Below are positions 1 to 12,800 of a stretch of 46,598 bases of DNA, piece after piece. The notes under the pieces are model-generated. The model did not search any database and was not told where the DNA came from. It saw nothing but the letters and a program-made list of their open reading frames with translations. The stretch is taken from contig CAJNYD010000221.1 in NCBI GenBank assembly GCA_905331295.1, positions 1 to 46,598 of the forward strand, in the 5' to 3' direction. A program made the translations under genes and the position numbers. Source of the stretch: Rotaria socialis. Its lineage: Eukaryota. Numbering within the stretch: position 1 is the stretch's first letter; the number at the start of each line of letters is the position of its first letter.

Positions 1-1320
1 CTTAAAAAGGTAAATTTTCCGAAAAGATGAAAGTTTGAGTTTTTATCGTGGGCAGATGACTCAAAATCACCTCTTTCACAATATATACAGGTTTTTTTTA
101 AAGGGTTTCATGCTAAGGGATTTATTGAAAAAATACTAAGACATACTGTCTTGTTTTTCGAGAAAAGACAAGTGGCGGTAAGGTCATTTTTTGACCGAAC
201 TATTTTCTGAAAAAATAGTTACATAGTTAGAATCAGTATAAAATTCTGAACAAAATAGTGTACTTTTTGGTAAAATCATTTTGCTTTGGTCACCCTCCCG
301 AAAACCGAATTTGTTTTTTCGGTATTCGATCTAGATATAGCTTATTCAGTATGCTGATCACAACTATGAGGTTTTTTTCTATAAAAATGGTCTCCGAATA
401 AAACAGGCAGTTCCAGATCCGAAGACAATCTTTTTTTACCTTGCTTCACAGATCGCTGTCTTGTAAATAAAGAAATCAGTTCATGAAAGAAGAAATATAA
501 TGACTATATGCAGAAATGATAGTTCTGTCGATTCTATTCAATTGAAAGAGTAAAAGCAATGTTAGCTAGGTTTATTAGGTTAAAAACTCTCATTTCATAT
601 TCATAAGTACAGGCGCGTCAGTTGAAAGAGTGGAGCTAATAGCAAACATCGTTTATAAGCGGAAATAGTTGATATCATTCATGACATCATCGAAATGGTT
701 CATTGTAAAAATATAACATATTCATTTTTTTTCGAGTTTAAACAAAAAAATGATTCTTAAACTTATTTATCGTTTTTCTCAAAACAAGATTTTTTATCAG
801 AAAAAGTGAAACTAGTTTCAAGGGATTTAAGATATTGAGCTCATTTTTTTATTTTGAAGCTTCAAGTGTAAGTAAAATCTTGTCCGATCAGATTTTTTCT
901 ATTTGATTCCTGAACTTAAAAAAGTCGGATTCTATACCAACATGTGCCTATTTTTAGCCAAATTTTGACCCCTCTTTCAGTAAAATACTTGCAAAATACG
1001 AACTAAAGCAAATTTTTAAATTTCCGTCGGAGAAAAGTTTTGTATTGGTGCTAGGTTTAATTTAAAACAAGCGCGACTTTTATAGGTGTCCTACTGGCAG
1101 AGCCTTGGGGATTCTCCTGGTGGCCATAAATCGTGTGTAAGTAAGCCATATTATCCACTCAATTCAATATATCGAACTGAAAGTTTTATCATGACTGTTT
1201 CTAATGAAGACCAGTCATCCCTGAAAATCTCAGCTCAAACAAATCTTTCTAAGTGACAACTCAAACCTGAAGGGTAGGAGGGGGGCCTTCATTTTTTTAC
1301 AATGACATGTTTTCCGATTG
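1..1320. mobile_element. Non-autonomous DNA transposon-like repeat; diverged inverted paralog at ~18080-19625
   Basis: Collinear reverse-complement similarity over ~1.3 kb, e.g. 1-60 vs 19561-19625 and 1181-1240 vs 18170-18240; no ORF; left end probably outside the window. Confidence 0.75.
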
Positions 1321-1637
1321 ACAGGGAGTATACTATATTCGTCCCCATGGAAATGTACCGAAAGGCTGTTGTCTTTTCGATAACGGTAGGAGAATCTGAA
1401 TACTGAGATAGATGACGTTTTATATTTTAGTAGACAATAGTTGGAATTATCGTGGTTGGCTCGTGAGAAGGTACGTTAAATAGGCTGAGATCCCTATTTC
1501 TTGTTGTTATGAACAGTGCTGCGAAAGCAGAGCGACACAAAAGAGTCTTGTACCTGATAGAGATGTAAAACTGTTTTCGTAGCGGAATATTCGTTTGAAC
1601 GGAACCTCCGTCCAATACTGCGTAGCGTAGTATAGAG

Positions 1638-1819
1638 TAGGGGTATGACAGTTCTCAGATCTAAGTTCAGATCAAAAGAACTGGTCGAACAGTTCAGATC
1701 AGATCCCAAAAGAGACGCCTATATCGATATAGACATCATCCCAGTGTAGATCCTAACAGTTCTTAGATCTGATTTGATCTGCCCGAACAGTTCTCAGGAT
1801 CTGAACTGTCATACCCCAA
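1638..1819. mobile_element. hAT-type MITE (TAGGGGTATGACAGTTC termini)
   Basis: TIRs taggggtatgacagttc...gaactgtcatacccc(aa); perfect 8-bp TSD gtatagag at 1630-1637 and 1820-1827. Confidence 0.85.
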
Positions 1820-4366
1820 GTATAGAGAACGCCAAATACAAAACGCGTTTCATTAGGAATAAACTTATGGTATATTACGGAACCTAATCTCTAACAAACC
1901 TAAAACGGTTTCAGTTTCGCTTAAGAAATCGGAAACTTTGTGATTTTCATATGACACACTATGGGATGTTGGCTTAGCATTAGTATTTGAAAAATGTTAA
2001 TGCTTTTGCATTAAAGTTAAAAAAATAATTTAATAATTTTTTATTAGTGAAAGATTTGTATTAACATAATGCTAATACACTATGAGTATATAAGGTTATT
2101 CATGATGTATCTATTCAGCCTCACTGCGAATTTCTGTACATTCGAATTTCCTATGGAATATTGACATTAAAACAAATATGTATTTTTTCGCTTACAGATA
2201 TTTTACGCGTGGAATTCGTTCCCCAAATCATTCGTATTTCTATCAGGGGTAGGTTCTCACAAGGAAGGCCTTCTCTTGAATCATTTAGAGTGAAACTATC
2301 ATACACCATATGACTATCATATGAAATAATTACAAATGGATAATCACGCGTTATTGAAAGATCTATAAGACTATTTTTATGATTATAGCTGTAAGTATTT
2401 GTTAAAAAGCTTATTAGCGCAGCCCCTTTGGGGCTAAAATGGGGAACTCACATATATCCCTTCGGCTTACTAAAATAATTCAAAGTAGTTCATCTGAAAA
2501 ATCTACCCTGATTTCCAAAACCTATAATTAGGTCATTGCCTATTTGCTTATATCTGTAATGGAGTATTACTTGTTAACGCGTATATTTAACAATGACAGA
2601 GACTAGTTACTATGGTCTGTAATGGACAAGCATTGCTTTTTTCGTGTAGTCTGTAATTAAAAAAGGAAGAAATAGCAGCCTAATTAGTCAAGCTCCTAAT
2701 TAGCACAATTTTGAATTCATTAATGTCTGTAATGGGGAGGGGTGGGGAGCCGCAAAAATCTTGCTTTTAAACTTACACTCACATTTTCTTCGAAAATATA
2801 TGTGAGTTTCACAAAACTCTTCTAACATAATGCTTTTATCAAAAACGTAATCTGTTATATACCATTAAATAGGCATAGCTCGACAAAGAAACCCTGTCAT
2901 GTCCTGTATTTTGACATGCTCTGTTTAGCATAAAAACGTGCATTGACTATGATGTGACTCCTTCAAAAATTCGGAGATGCTTGAGGACAAACCATAAATG
3001 AAGATAGATCAAGAAGATCTTTCGAGTCTTCAAAGAACGGCTTTATTTTTACAGTAGGTTATAAAGGAAATCATCAAAACTTTTCTGGTAAAATGCTATA
3101 TAAAGTAAATACATGTGTGAGTTCCACAAAAGATCCAACGATTGCTAATGTGAGGAAAATTAGCCAGCAATGGAGCTTTCGGCTTTCTTTTGTTTGAAGA
3201 CTACTTATTGTTCCTAACTCGAAATGATTAGACAATTGAAGACGGTAATTACTTGTCATAAACATTTCTACTCTAGCTGATAAAGTAAGATATGCACCTT
3301 TCGCTTTCAGATAAATTAAAGATAGCAAATACTATGCCTGGTGTATTCAAAACGATTAATAATGAATTGCAACAAGTTTCAGACCATCAATTTAATTATA
3401 TTGGTGTCGTCAGTGAATATATTAATAAACTTGCTGACGCATTTAAAGTGTTTGCCGACGGGCACTATGATAAATCGTTTGAAGTAATACTCTTTTAAGT
3501 GAAAAATATTCATTTAAAAATTGAATGTATTCTTCTTGGAATAGATACTCACAAGCATTGCTGTTCAATACGAAACATGTGACACAAATAATACTTCGAC
3601 ACTAGCCAGACTGAATATTCTTCGTAACGAATGCCAATTTCGACTTGAAAAGCTTAAAAGTATGTTCATAAAAATCCTTATAAGTGTTATCTTAGTTTCT
3701 ATCAACAGATGGATGCAGCGACGAAAAAGCACTGGTAAAACTGGATGAAGATGTTGATGTTGAGCCGCTACATGAGTAAGTATACATATTCTATGCTTAT
3801 TTGAAGTATTGAATAAGATTTAATTGTGGAATCTGTTCAACATTTATCGGGGAAAAGAAAATTATCGAAGAATGCAATTCGATCCGATGCTAGAAATGTA
3901 TTCCATAAAAAGTACAATTGAAACTTGTGTGCACTACTTTTATATCGAATAATTATGCATGATAATTAAAGGGTTCGCTTTCAACAATCTTATTACATTT
4001 TTAGTAAAATCAATAGTGAGTTGATCATATTTATGATGCATGAACTATTGCTTGTATAATGGAGGAAATTTTCTACATACTAACTTTCTCACATTAAAAT
4101 TCAATGAAAAAGTATTATTTTGGCATACATTTTAATTTAGAAAAAATGCAACACCAACTTTAAACTATAAAGATTATATTCTCATTGTCATTCCTAACCA
4201 CCCTAGAGTGCTTTTTATATAACAGGCTTGCATAGTGGACCTGAGTAGCTATTCTTTATTTAATTTAGAAGTTTTTTTTGTTGGTCGAAGAAAGCAACAC
4301 TAGAACTTCTCCATTGGTAGCCTTTCTATTTACGGTGACAAAATTCAGAAAGTTATACATATGAAT

Positions 4367-4654
4367 CAGAGCTAGGACGAGTACAAATACAGCAAGTAAA
4401 AGTATTTTACTTGAGCGTTAAAATAGTTACTTTTACTTTTACTTTTACTTGTCGTTTCACAAGTGTACTTGCTCCTGTACTTGTCCTTAGAAAAAACAAC
4501 TTGGTACTTTCACTTATCTTTCAAGTAAATTATTCGGTGCTTATACTTATACTGTGGGAAAAGTACTTGATAGTTAGTCATACTGGGTGAGTCATAATGA
4601 ATGGAACATATGAGTACAAAGAGTACAAGTGCAAATATTTTCGTCTGAGCCCTG
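4367..4654. mobile_element. hAT-like MITE rich in GTACTT motifs
   Basis: Degenerate TIR cagagctaggacga / tcgtctgagccctg; flanks atatgaat / atatcaag (6/8 TSD match); related fragments near 7380-7460, 7715-7795 and 9190-9275. Confidence 0.6.
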
Positions 4655-4830
4655 ATATCAAGAAACTTCAATATAAGTTTCTCGAAAAATATATTCTGGT
4701 TTTAGTATATTTTTATTTAGTATAATTTTGAGGGTTAAAATATATGTGTCATAGATGTATTCTATGTTGAGACAGTTGTGCTATTTGTGTACACTTTTTA
4801 CTAGCTTTTATATCCAAGTTAGAATCTTAA

Positions 4831-6649
4831 CCCAGGTTGAAAGTCGGCAATCGGATTCTATCGGATGTGTTTCAATCCGATGAATTCCAATGACTGCATC
4901 CGACATGATTCCGATTGTCGGAATCAGATCAGATGTCAGTTAATACCGGTAACTTTCGACTTATGTCGATTACCGAATCCGATGAAACCCGGTTGTCGGA
5001 ATCCAGTCAGTTCCCTGCGTTCCCGGCATCTAAGAACTCAGACATTTCTTTTTCCAAAGAGTAGTCGAAAATGTCTTAACTTTTTGTAAGTATTGTATAT
5101 AATTTTAATTATTGTCGTGTGCTACAAAATAAAAACTCTCTGAGTTCAATTCAGTATTTAGATACGTTAGTTCTACGAAAGAGTAAATTGAATTATATTT
5201 CGATTGTCCAAGCTGCACTAGTCAATTTTATACGAAACTGCTTCGTCCTAAATTCGCTAACTCTCTCATTGAAGAACGAAAACAACAGAAGTAAAGGACA
5301 GACACTGCCAACGATAATAGCTTTAAATGGCAATAGCATTTCATAAGATACTAATATTCTGCTTTCTTTTTATCCACGACGAAAGACACTATTTTCTGAT
5401 TAATTAAAACGCATTAGGAATGTCATGTATTCTTTTATTAACATCGACTTCTTTCAACAAAAATTGCTTGCATTGAAAAAGAAAGATTCGACGGTATTTT
5501 ACCATGCTTAAAAATGTTTTGTTCGCACAAACGAAACGTTAAAAGAGTTTAGTATCATGTAGACTTTCGTGTGAAACCTTTTTGGCCGTCAAAAAACGAA
5601 AATATTCTATAAAATACTTCTCAAATTTCATTTCAGAATGTGAGCATTAAAGTAAAAACACTTGCCCGAACTTCATTTCTTATATCATTAATTGTTTCAC
5701 TGCTAATCATATTCGACATTGAGCGAAATATTTCCAATAAACAATAGTCATAACAAATCAAAATGGTTGAAGTACTTAAGATTATCAAAAACAACATACT
5801 GCACTGTAAGTTCTAGTCACAATAAAAACTAGTCATGCACGTTTTCTGTTGAGGAGCCCAAGTAATTACCTTCGCTTAAGCGAAGGAGTTAAGCACAGTT
5901 ACGAGAATAGTTTGGATGTTGGATTAGGACACAAGTGTTAAGTTACGGAGATAGATATACAAAATGTGTAGATTAAGTCTACGGGGATATTTTAGGCGGA
6001 CAGATAAAGGTTAATGGGTTAACCTAGGCGGCTAGATATAGATAAGGTGATAGATTAAGGTTAAGGGGTTTAGTTAGGCGATAGATTAAATTTAAGGTGT
6101 TAAGTCAGCGGCTAGATATAGATAAGCTGATAGATTAAAGTTTTAGGGTTAAGTTAGGGGATAGGTTTATCCGTTCGAATCGGGCAAGCGCAGATCGAAC
6201 GCATTGTAACTGTGACGAAATCTCAGTTACGAAGCCAATTTGAATGTGAATTAAAGATGGTTTGGTTTGGAATCATAGTTTTGGAAGCCTGAAAAAAGTT
6301 TCTAATTTGTTGTAAATCTGTGAATTTTGACCAAGTTCCGTATGGACCTTTTTTTCAGTGCAGATAACTTGTAGAACCTTGATAAAAATTCGACCTGATC
6401 CCGTCCGTTCCCTTTATTTTTATTACGTGCTCGGATACGATCCAGTCGAATCCATTTGCCGGAGCTGATCGGAACCGACGAGATTCTTTCCCAGTCATAT
6501 GTTCGTCGGATTTCGGGTCACTTGATTCAGGGCTCGTTCCGACAGAATCCGATCGAATTGAGCCGGAAACCACCCAATTCCAACATAATCCGCCGTTGTA
6601 TCATACCGGATCCAACAAGATTCATTGGTCGGAACGCTCGACCTGGGAA
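4831..6649. repeat. CCGAT/ATCGG-rich MITE-like ends (cccaggttga at 4831; tcgacctggg at 6640-6649)
   Basis: Two blocks dense in ccga/tcgg motifs (4831-5030 and 6390-6649) with inverted terminal 10-mers; may be two separate partial copies rather than one element. Confidence 0.4.
5960..6170. repeat. Degenerate tandem repeat (gcggctagatatagataag / gatagattaaggtt units)
   Basis: Repeated units visible; a similar (t)aaccct-rich tandem block on the opposite strand at ~24440-24555. Confidence 0.5.
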
Positions 6650-6682
6650 TACATGAAACTTCTGAGCTACGTTTTAGGCTAG

Positions 6683-6978
6683 CCCCCATTATGGAAGACC
6701 CCCCTTGAGAAAAAGTTTGTCTGACGTAATAGAAGACCCCCCTTTAATTAATTAATTTTTGCTTATTACGAACTTTACTTAGCGTTTTCCCATAAAAATA
6801 TGCCTGATTCTTAGCATTTTAAGCTGGAAATATTAAGAGAATTTGTTCACCATTGTAATGGCACCCTTAAAAGCCTAAAATCCTGATGGAAATCTTGAAC
6901 ATCGCCTTAGTTTTCTGAAAAACCTTTTACATTAAATATTAGGAAAAAATGCGGTTCTTAATAGAAGACCCCCTTGAA
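6683..6978. mobile_element. Fragment of non-autonomous TIR element with repeated TAATAGAAGACCCCC motifs
   Basis: Three copies of the motif, truncated at the N at 6979; related motif (aatagaagccc) family at 23586-24320. Confidence 0.4.
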
Positions 6979-9823
6979 NCATTAACAAATTATAGAACCA
7001 ATAGATTATTGAACCCAACAGAGACTAGCTGGGATCATGGGTAAACCAGTCTACTTCTAAAAAGTGAAAGTCATTTTCAATTGTAAATTGGGTTCTCGAT
7101 CTGTTACAGTAAGTCGACTCTGAATTAAATACACCATCGACTAGGATATTATTCTAGTAGTTTTCAGTAAGAACTGAGTACAACAAAGCAATCACATAGT
7201 TTGATATAGTAGCAACATTCGTAGTTGTGCAATACTGTCTATTTAAGTCCATAGTTTCTTCAGCTAATTCTGGTTGCAGAAGTGCTACGTTACCATATTT
7301 ATACCTTTCATTCATCTCATATTTTTCAGGTTTCAGCACTAATAGGAGAGCCCGCAAGAAAGTATTCGTATTTGTAGCTTGGAAAATGTACTTGGTACTT
7401 ACATCAGTACTTATACTTGTACTCATATTTGGAGAAAGTATTTGCTACTTATATTCTTAATGCAAAGCGAAAAACCAGGGACGCGTTATCGTACAAAAAA
7501 TTGAACTTTGTATATTCTGCTTGATACAAGAAATAATTCTGTTTTTATTTCAAGTATTTTTCTATTTGCTTGAAATTGAACTCTTCGGTTAACAGTGTTA
7601 GAATGATAAGTAAGGATCTGGGTGTGATTATGCGCGGGTGTTGATAAATGTCAAACCCACACTTACACCTTTCGTAGTTAAGCACAGCGGCTAATAAAAA
7701 TATAAGTGCCGACTTTGAAGTACAAGTACAGGTACCTGTAAATTTTTCAATGCACACCCTCAGGTGCAAGTGTACTTGTACAAAAGGCAAGTACGAAATT
7801 AAGAGAGCTTTCACGAGCCGACCAAGGATCGCTCTAGTGTATCGAAGCACTCGATAAAATTTATTTTTTGTTCTTTTTATGCGCATTCGAAAGGTCAAGG
7901 TTTAAAACAATTACCCTGAAAATTTTAGCTTCTAATACCTTTCCTTCGAAAAGTTAGTCAACGACGACTTTTAGCACCCTCACAATTTTTCAATGTAAAA
8001 TATAGTAAAAATTTCTCGATCAAACAACCCCGTTTCATGCCTTAGCAAATTGTTCAAATCTTTAGATGAATATTCTGAAAGATAGGCCATAGTTCGGTGA
8101 GTAATACTGGATATTTAAAGTATTGGATAATATTCTTTTATTGAGGTTACAGGCATCAACAATTATGTCAAGCGGCATCGTTTTTTAGTTTTTTTGAGTC
8201 TATTTTTCGCAGTATATTTGATCTAATGTTTCCAAATAAGGAGACCCCAAGCTGAATTTCGGATATAACATGTAACTTTTAATTCTACACAAACTGTAAA
8301 GAACTATTAAAAAAAAATGGTATGCTCGATCCGAAAAGTAGGTAACATTATCGATAAGGTAGTAAAAATCATGAAAATAACCGACATGCGACTTATACTA
8401 AACATCATTGATCCACAAAAATTTTAATGCAGAAGAAATACGACTGGTATACTNNNNNNNNNNGAACCATTTAACATAGTTAGTGCGTTCTCGAAACGAG
8501 GAAAAAAATTTCCACCTCAACCGACCCCCCTGGGGGAGTACAGAGATTTGGTGAAAATTTCGAAAAAATATTTTTGTCCTAGAATCGAATGACAATAGTC
8601 TCAGATGATATAGCTTGAGAAACTGATTACAACTACATATAGAAAGTTATGTGTTGATTGTGATTTTGTGATAGATGGCCCACTTGTTAAATTCCATTTT
8701 AAAGGCACATCAGTTGAAAATGTCTCACGAAATAAATACTCTCCCTTCAAAAATATCACCTTTGAAGTATAGCTTTTAATTCTTGTTTTTGATTAGTTTT
8801 TCAAGCTATATCATCTGAGACTATTGTCATTCGATTCTAGGACAAAAAATATTTTTTCGAAATTTTCANNNNNNNNNNNNNNNNNNNNNNNNNNNNNNNN
8901 NNNNNNNNNNNNNNNNNNNNNNNNNNNNNNNNNNNNNNNNNNNNNNNNNNNNNNNNNNNNNNNNNNNNAGCGGCTTCGACTGTATATAGAATAGTTTGTT
9001 TTTCTGGTCAGAATTAACACTTACATCGTGTTTCACATTTTAATCCCGAAGGGATTGCGCTAACAGCTTTTTTATTGTGGTTTGCGCCAAACATCATCAA
9101 ACACTTTTGTCTATCATATATATCAATATGAACGACATCTGAGATACTCGATGATTGAGCACTGTCGGTCGTGCATTACGTGCAATGGCTCTTAAGTACT
9201 TTTTTTAGACACAAGCACAAATATATCTTTTCAAGTAAAAGTAAAATACTTTCACTTGCTATAATTGTACTTGTCCGATTTCTAATTAACAGAAGAATAT
9301 GATAACTATTCTAATTCGCAGACGATATAAAACGCTGCCAAAGATTTATTACAGAGAATCTAACGAATCAGCGAAGATCTAATCTATTTTATTCTATTCT
9401 ATTCGACATCTTTACAAACAAATTTGACTTCGATCGATTTGATTACCTGAAGTAAAAAGTCAGCATTCGACACCATTTGAATTAGATGATTCGATTTGGT
9501 TTCTATCTCTAGTTTGGTGCACATAAGCTCCAAATTTGACAGACCAACGAAAAATATGAACTTGGTAACAGATTCACTCTTCTATAACAGAGTTAACTGA
9601 ATATAAGCTTTCTTCAAATTCGCCGTGTCTTTGTTCAAAACTAGACGAAATTCAGTAAAGAAAACTAGAAAAATCTGTATATAACGATGCAATATCCTAT
9701 CGTATATTGTTGTGAGCGTATTACATATTTCAATTGTTTAAACAACATGACATAGTCGAATAGGAAAATAGTAATACGTCAAATATTTGTTGCATTCATA
9801 TTAATACGGTTTTTAGTTCTTCT

Positions 9824-12800
9824 ATGAGCAATGCTAAGACGGCAGCTGCTATATGTAAAAAAGAATGGAATGCTAAAGCATCGCGAAGTGCTCGAAAAAC
9901 CATCAATCCTATTCGCCGAATTGTTGATCGATGTAAATTGCTGCCAAATCCAGGCAAGGCGTTGATCACATTGTCCATTGGTAAGATTGTAGCTATCATT
10001 GACTGGCTCAAGAGGACGGGGAACCTATTCATCACATTTCGGCTCAATACGAAACTCATAGTGGATTCACCTGAGACTGTCAGCCTATGCACAGCTCACT
10101 GATAGTAATCATCCTTCAAAAGTTCAGCAAAATAGGCTTAAATTTTTCCTTACTTCGAAGCTCTATAAAATTGCATTTTCAGATGTGATCGTGATGAGCT
10201 TGAGTGAGGTTGTGGTAACGGGTGTGACTGTGACTGTGGCTACTAGTATTATAAGTGCGAAATAAAACACCCACACTCTGGGCTGCACATTTTCTGATAA
10301 TTTCAGGGGAATCCGCTGTAGCTTTTGTATTGAACCGAGATGCGGTAAAAACGTCACTCGTCACTTATATTTAGGTGATCCCACCTGCTACGGCAACATG
10401 CTTCCACCGATTGAGGCAACTGAAGCGGTTAATGAAGCCTTCGCAAAACCGACGTCTCATGGGTACTTGCCATCTTGCGGTAAATACTGTTTTATACTTA
10501 AAAATTTATTGAAAAAGCTATTTATTGTATTTATGTAAGGGATGGAAGAGGCAAGAGAAGCTATTGCGAAATTATGGTCACGAAATGGGCATGTTCTTGA
10601 CACAAAAGTAAGATAACTCTTCTAAGTACGTTTTCTCTGACAGAAGTAAATGCTAATTTGAAGGATATTATCCTTACAAGTGGTTGCTCGCATGCGCTCG
10701 AAATGTGTATCAATGGTGTGGCCGACCCTGGTGACAATATTCTTATACCGCAGCCCGGATTTTCGGTATACATTACATTGTGTGAGTCGCTCCATATAGA
10801 ACCACGATATTACAAATTAAAAGTGAGCATTGTATTTTATATCATATTATTTTCCCATTACCGTGTGTTTTCTGCAGCCTGAACAAAATTGGGAACTCGA
10901 CTTGGATGATTTAGAAACTGCCATCAACAGTAAAACGAAAGCTGTTCTTGTTAACAACCCATCGAATCCATGTGGTAAGTAAATGTTTAGTTGTATTGGA
11001 ATGCTCAATTTAATGAACTTTTAGGAGCTGTGTACAGTGCAGAACATCTAAAACAAATCATTGATATCTGCGAAAAGCATCGTCTAATTATCATTGCTGA
11101 CGAGATATATGCAGATATGGTAAACTCATGTGATATAAATTTTTCAGAAAAGTTCGAAAAAAGCATAGGTGTTTCCTGGTAACGAATTTCACTTCATGGG
11201 TGTTTTGTCGCAGAAGGTCCCAATTCTTTCATGTGGTGGGTTAGCTAAACGCTACATTTGCCCTGGTTGGCGGATCGGCTGGATTGCTATGTATGATCGT
11301 ATGAATATATTGAAAGGTATTGATACTCAGAGTTTTAAGATCCAGGTCTTGACTATAGTATAATTTAGAATCAATTCAACCAGGTTTGCTGGATTTATCC
11401 AGTCGTATTCTCGGCCCGAATTCCGTGATGCAAGCAGCTTTACCTAAAATTGTGGCGAATACGCCTCAAAAATACTTTGATAATATCATCAGTCAGATCC
11501 AAGTAAAGATTAAAATCACGCTTTCAACTATAATATGTTTTAATTACTACACAGAATAACGCTGAAATTTCTTATAAAGTTTTATCAACAGCACCAGGTC
11601 TGAAACCAATTATGCCTCAAGGTGCAATGTATATGCTGGTAAGAATTCATTTCAAAATCGTCGAGCCTACGTTCAGTAACAGGAAGATCTGCTTTGAAAA
11701 CTGTAATACAACGTTTTTCAAACCTCAAAGTTTATCGCTCTTGTAGACATTTTAAAGTGATAATTACCGACTGCTAAAAGAACTAGCATTAGTGGAATTA
11801 ATCTAAATCATGCAAAGTTATGCTTTTGAGAGCCTATTCTTAAAACAAGTATTCTAATGTTTTTGGACTAGAAATCGTATCGGTTATCATCTACAAGGAA
11901 ATTCTTATAGGCAATCTATCAATTTAAAACCATCTGTGCTGGCCAACAAAATATCCTGGGAATTTCTGAAGTTAGCTTTGCCTAGAGAAAGAAATTTCCG
12001 GTTGATTTCGAAAATAACTAACAATATGACAGCAAATTAGAACTAGAAAACGTAGACTCTCGAGTACTTTCCGCCATTACCTGGAAATTACGAAAAATTC
12101 TTTATTAATATTGCATAGGTTTAAGAATAAATAGGTATATAGATTTAAAGACCCCACCCTCAAGAATGAGAAGTACTTCTAGGAATTTTCGTATTTACCG
12201 TAATTTTATGGAATTACGGGAATAACTAGAAATTCTTCTCATTCTTGAGGATGGGGTCATTATATCTATGTACCTATTTATTCTTAAACCTATACGATAT
12301 TAATATAGAAATTGTAGGAATCTCCGTAATTTCTGAAATTTCCAGGAAATCACTTTATTTTGGTTTTCACTTATGGTGAATAACATTGCGGTAATCAAAA
12401 ACGTTTCTGATATTTTCTAAAACTTGAATGTTTCATCCCTGTAATTTCCGAAGTATGCATATTTAGCTAGGAAATTTTCTTTTTTGGAAATCTGTCCACT
12501 GCTGCACCAATTAAGGTTCTTTTAGTTATTCAACACGGCCAGTATTCTCATTTATTATTAGGGACGTTGTTAATCTTGTCAAGTTATATATAACGTCAAT
12601 TTATTTCTAATGTCTCGATTTTTTCGCTTACCTACCAAACAGGAGGTAAAGATCGATAGAAAAATCGGTAGCCATTGGAATATCACTCGAATAAAACACA
12701 ATTTCATATAATTTAATGACATTTCTTTCATAAGTATGGAAAGGACGTTACGGTTAGTCTATGATTACGTTACCATGTAGCTCGTGTCGGATTCTTTTTA

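Noticed and set aside
8552..8868. Perfect ~67-bp inverted repeat (8552-8618 vs 8801-8868)
   Set aside because: One arm ends exactly at an N gap; likely an assembly or amplification-chimera artefact rather than a biological TIR
9796..10773. Minus-strand ORFs overlapping TAT exons (and plus-strand ORFs at 43002, 44125 and 44614 overlapping the integrase)
   Set aside because: Antisense shadows of real coding exons with no recognisable motifs
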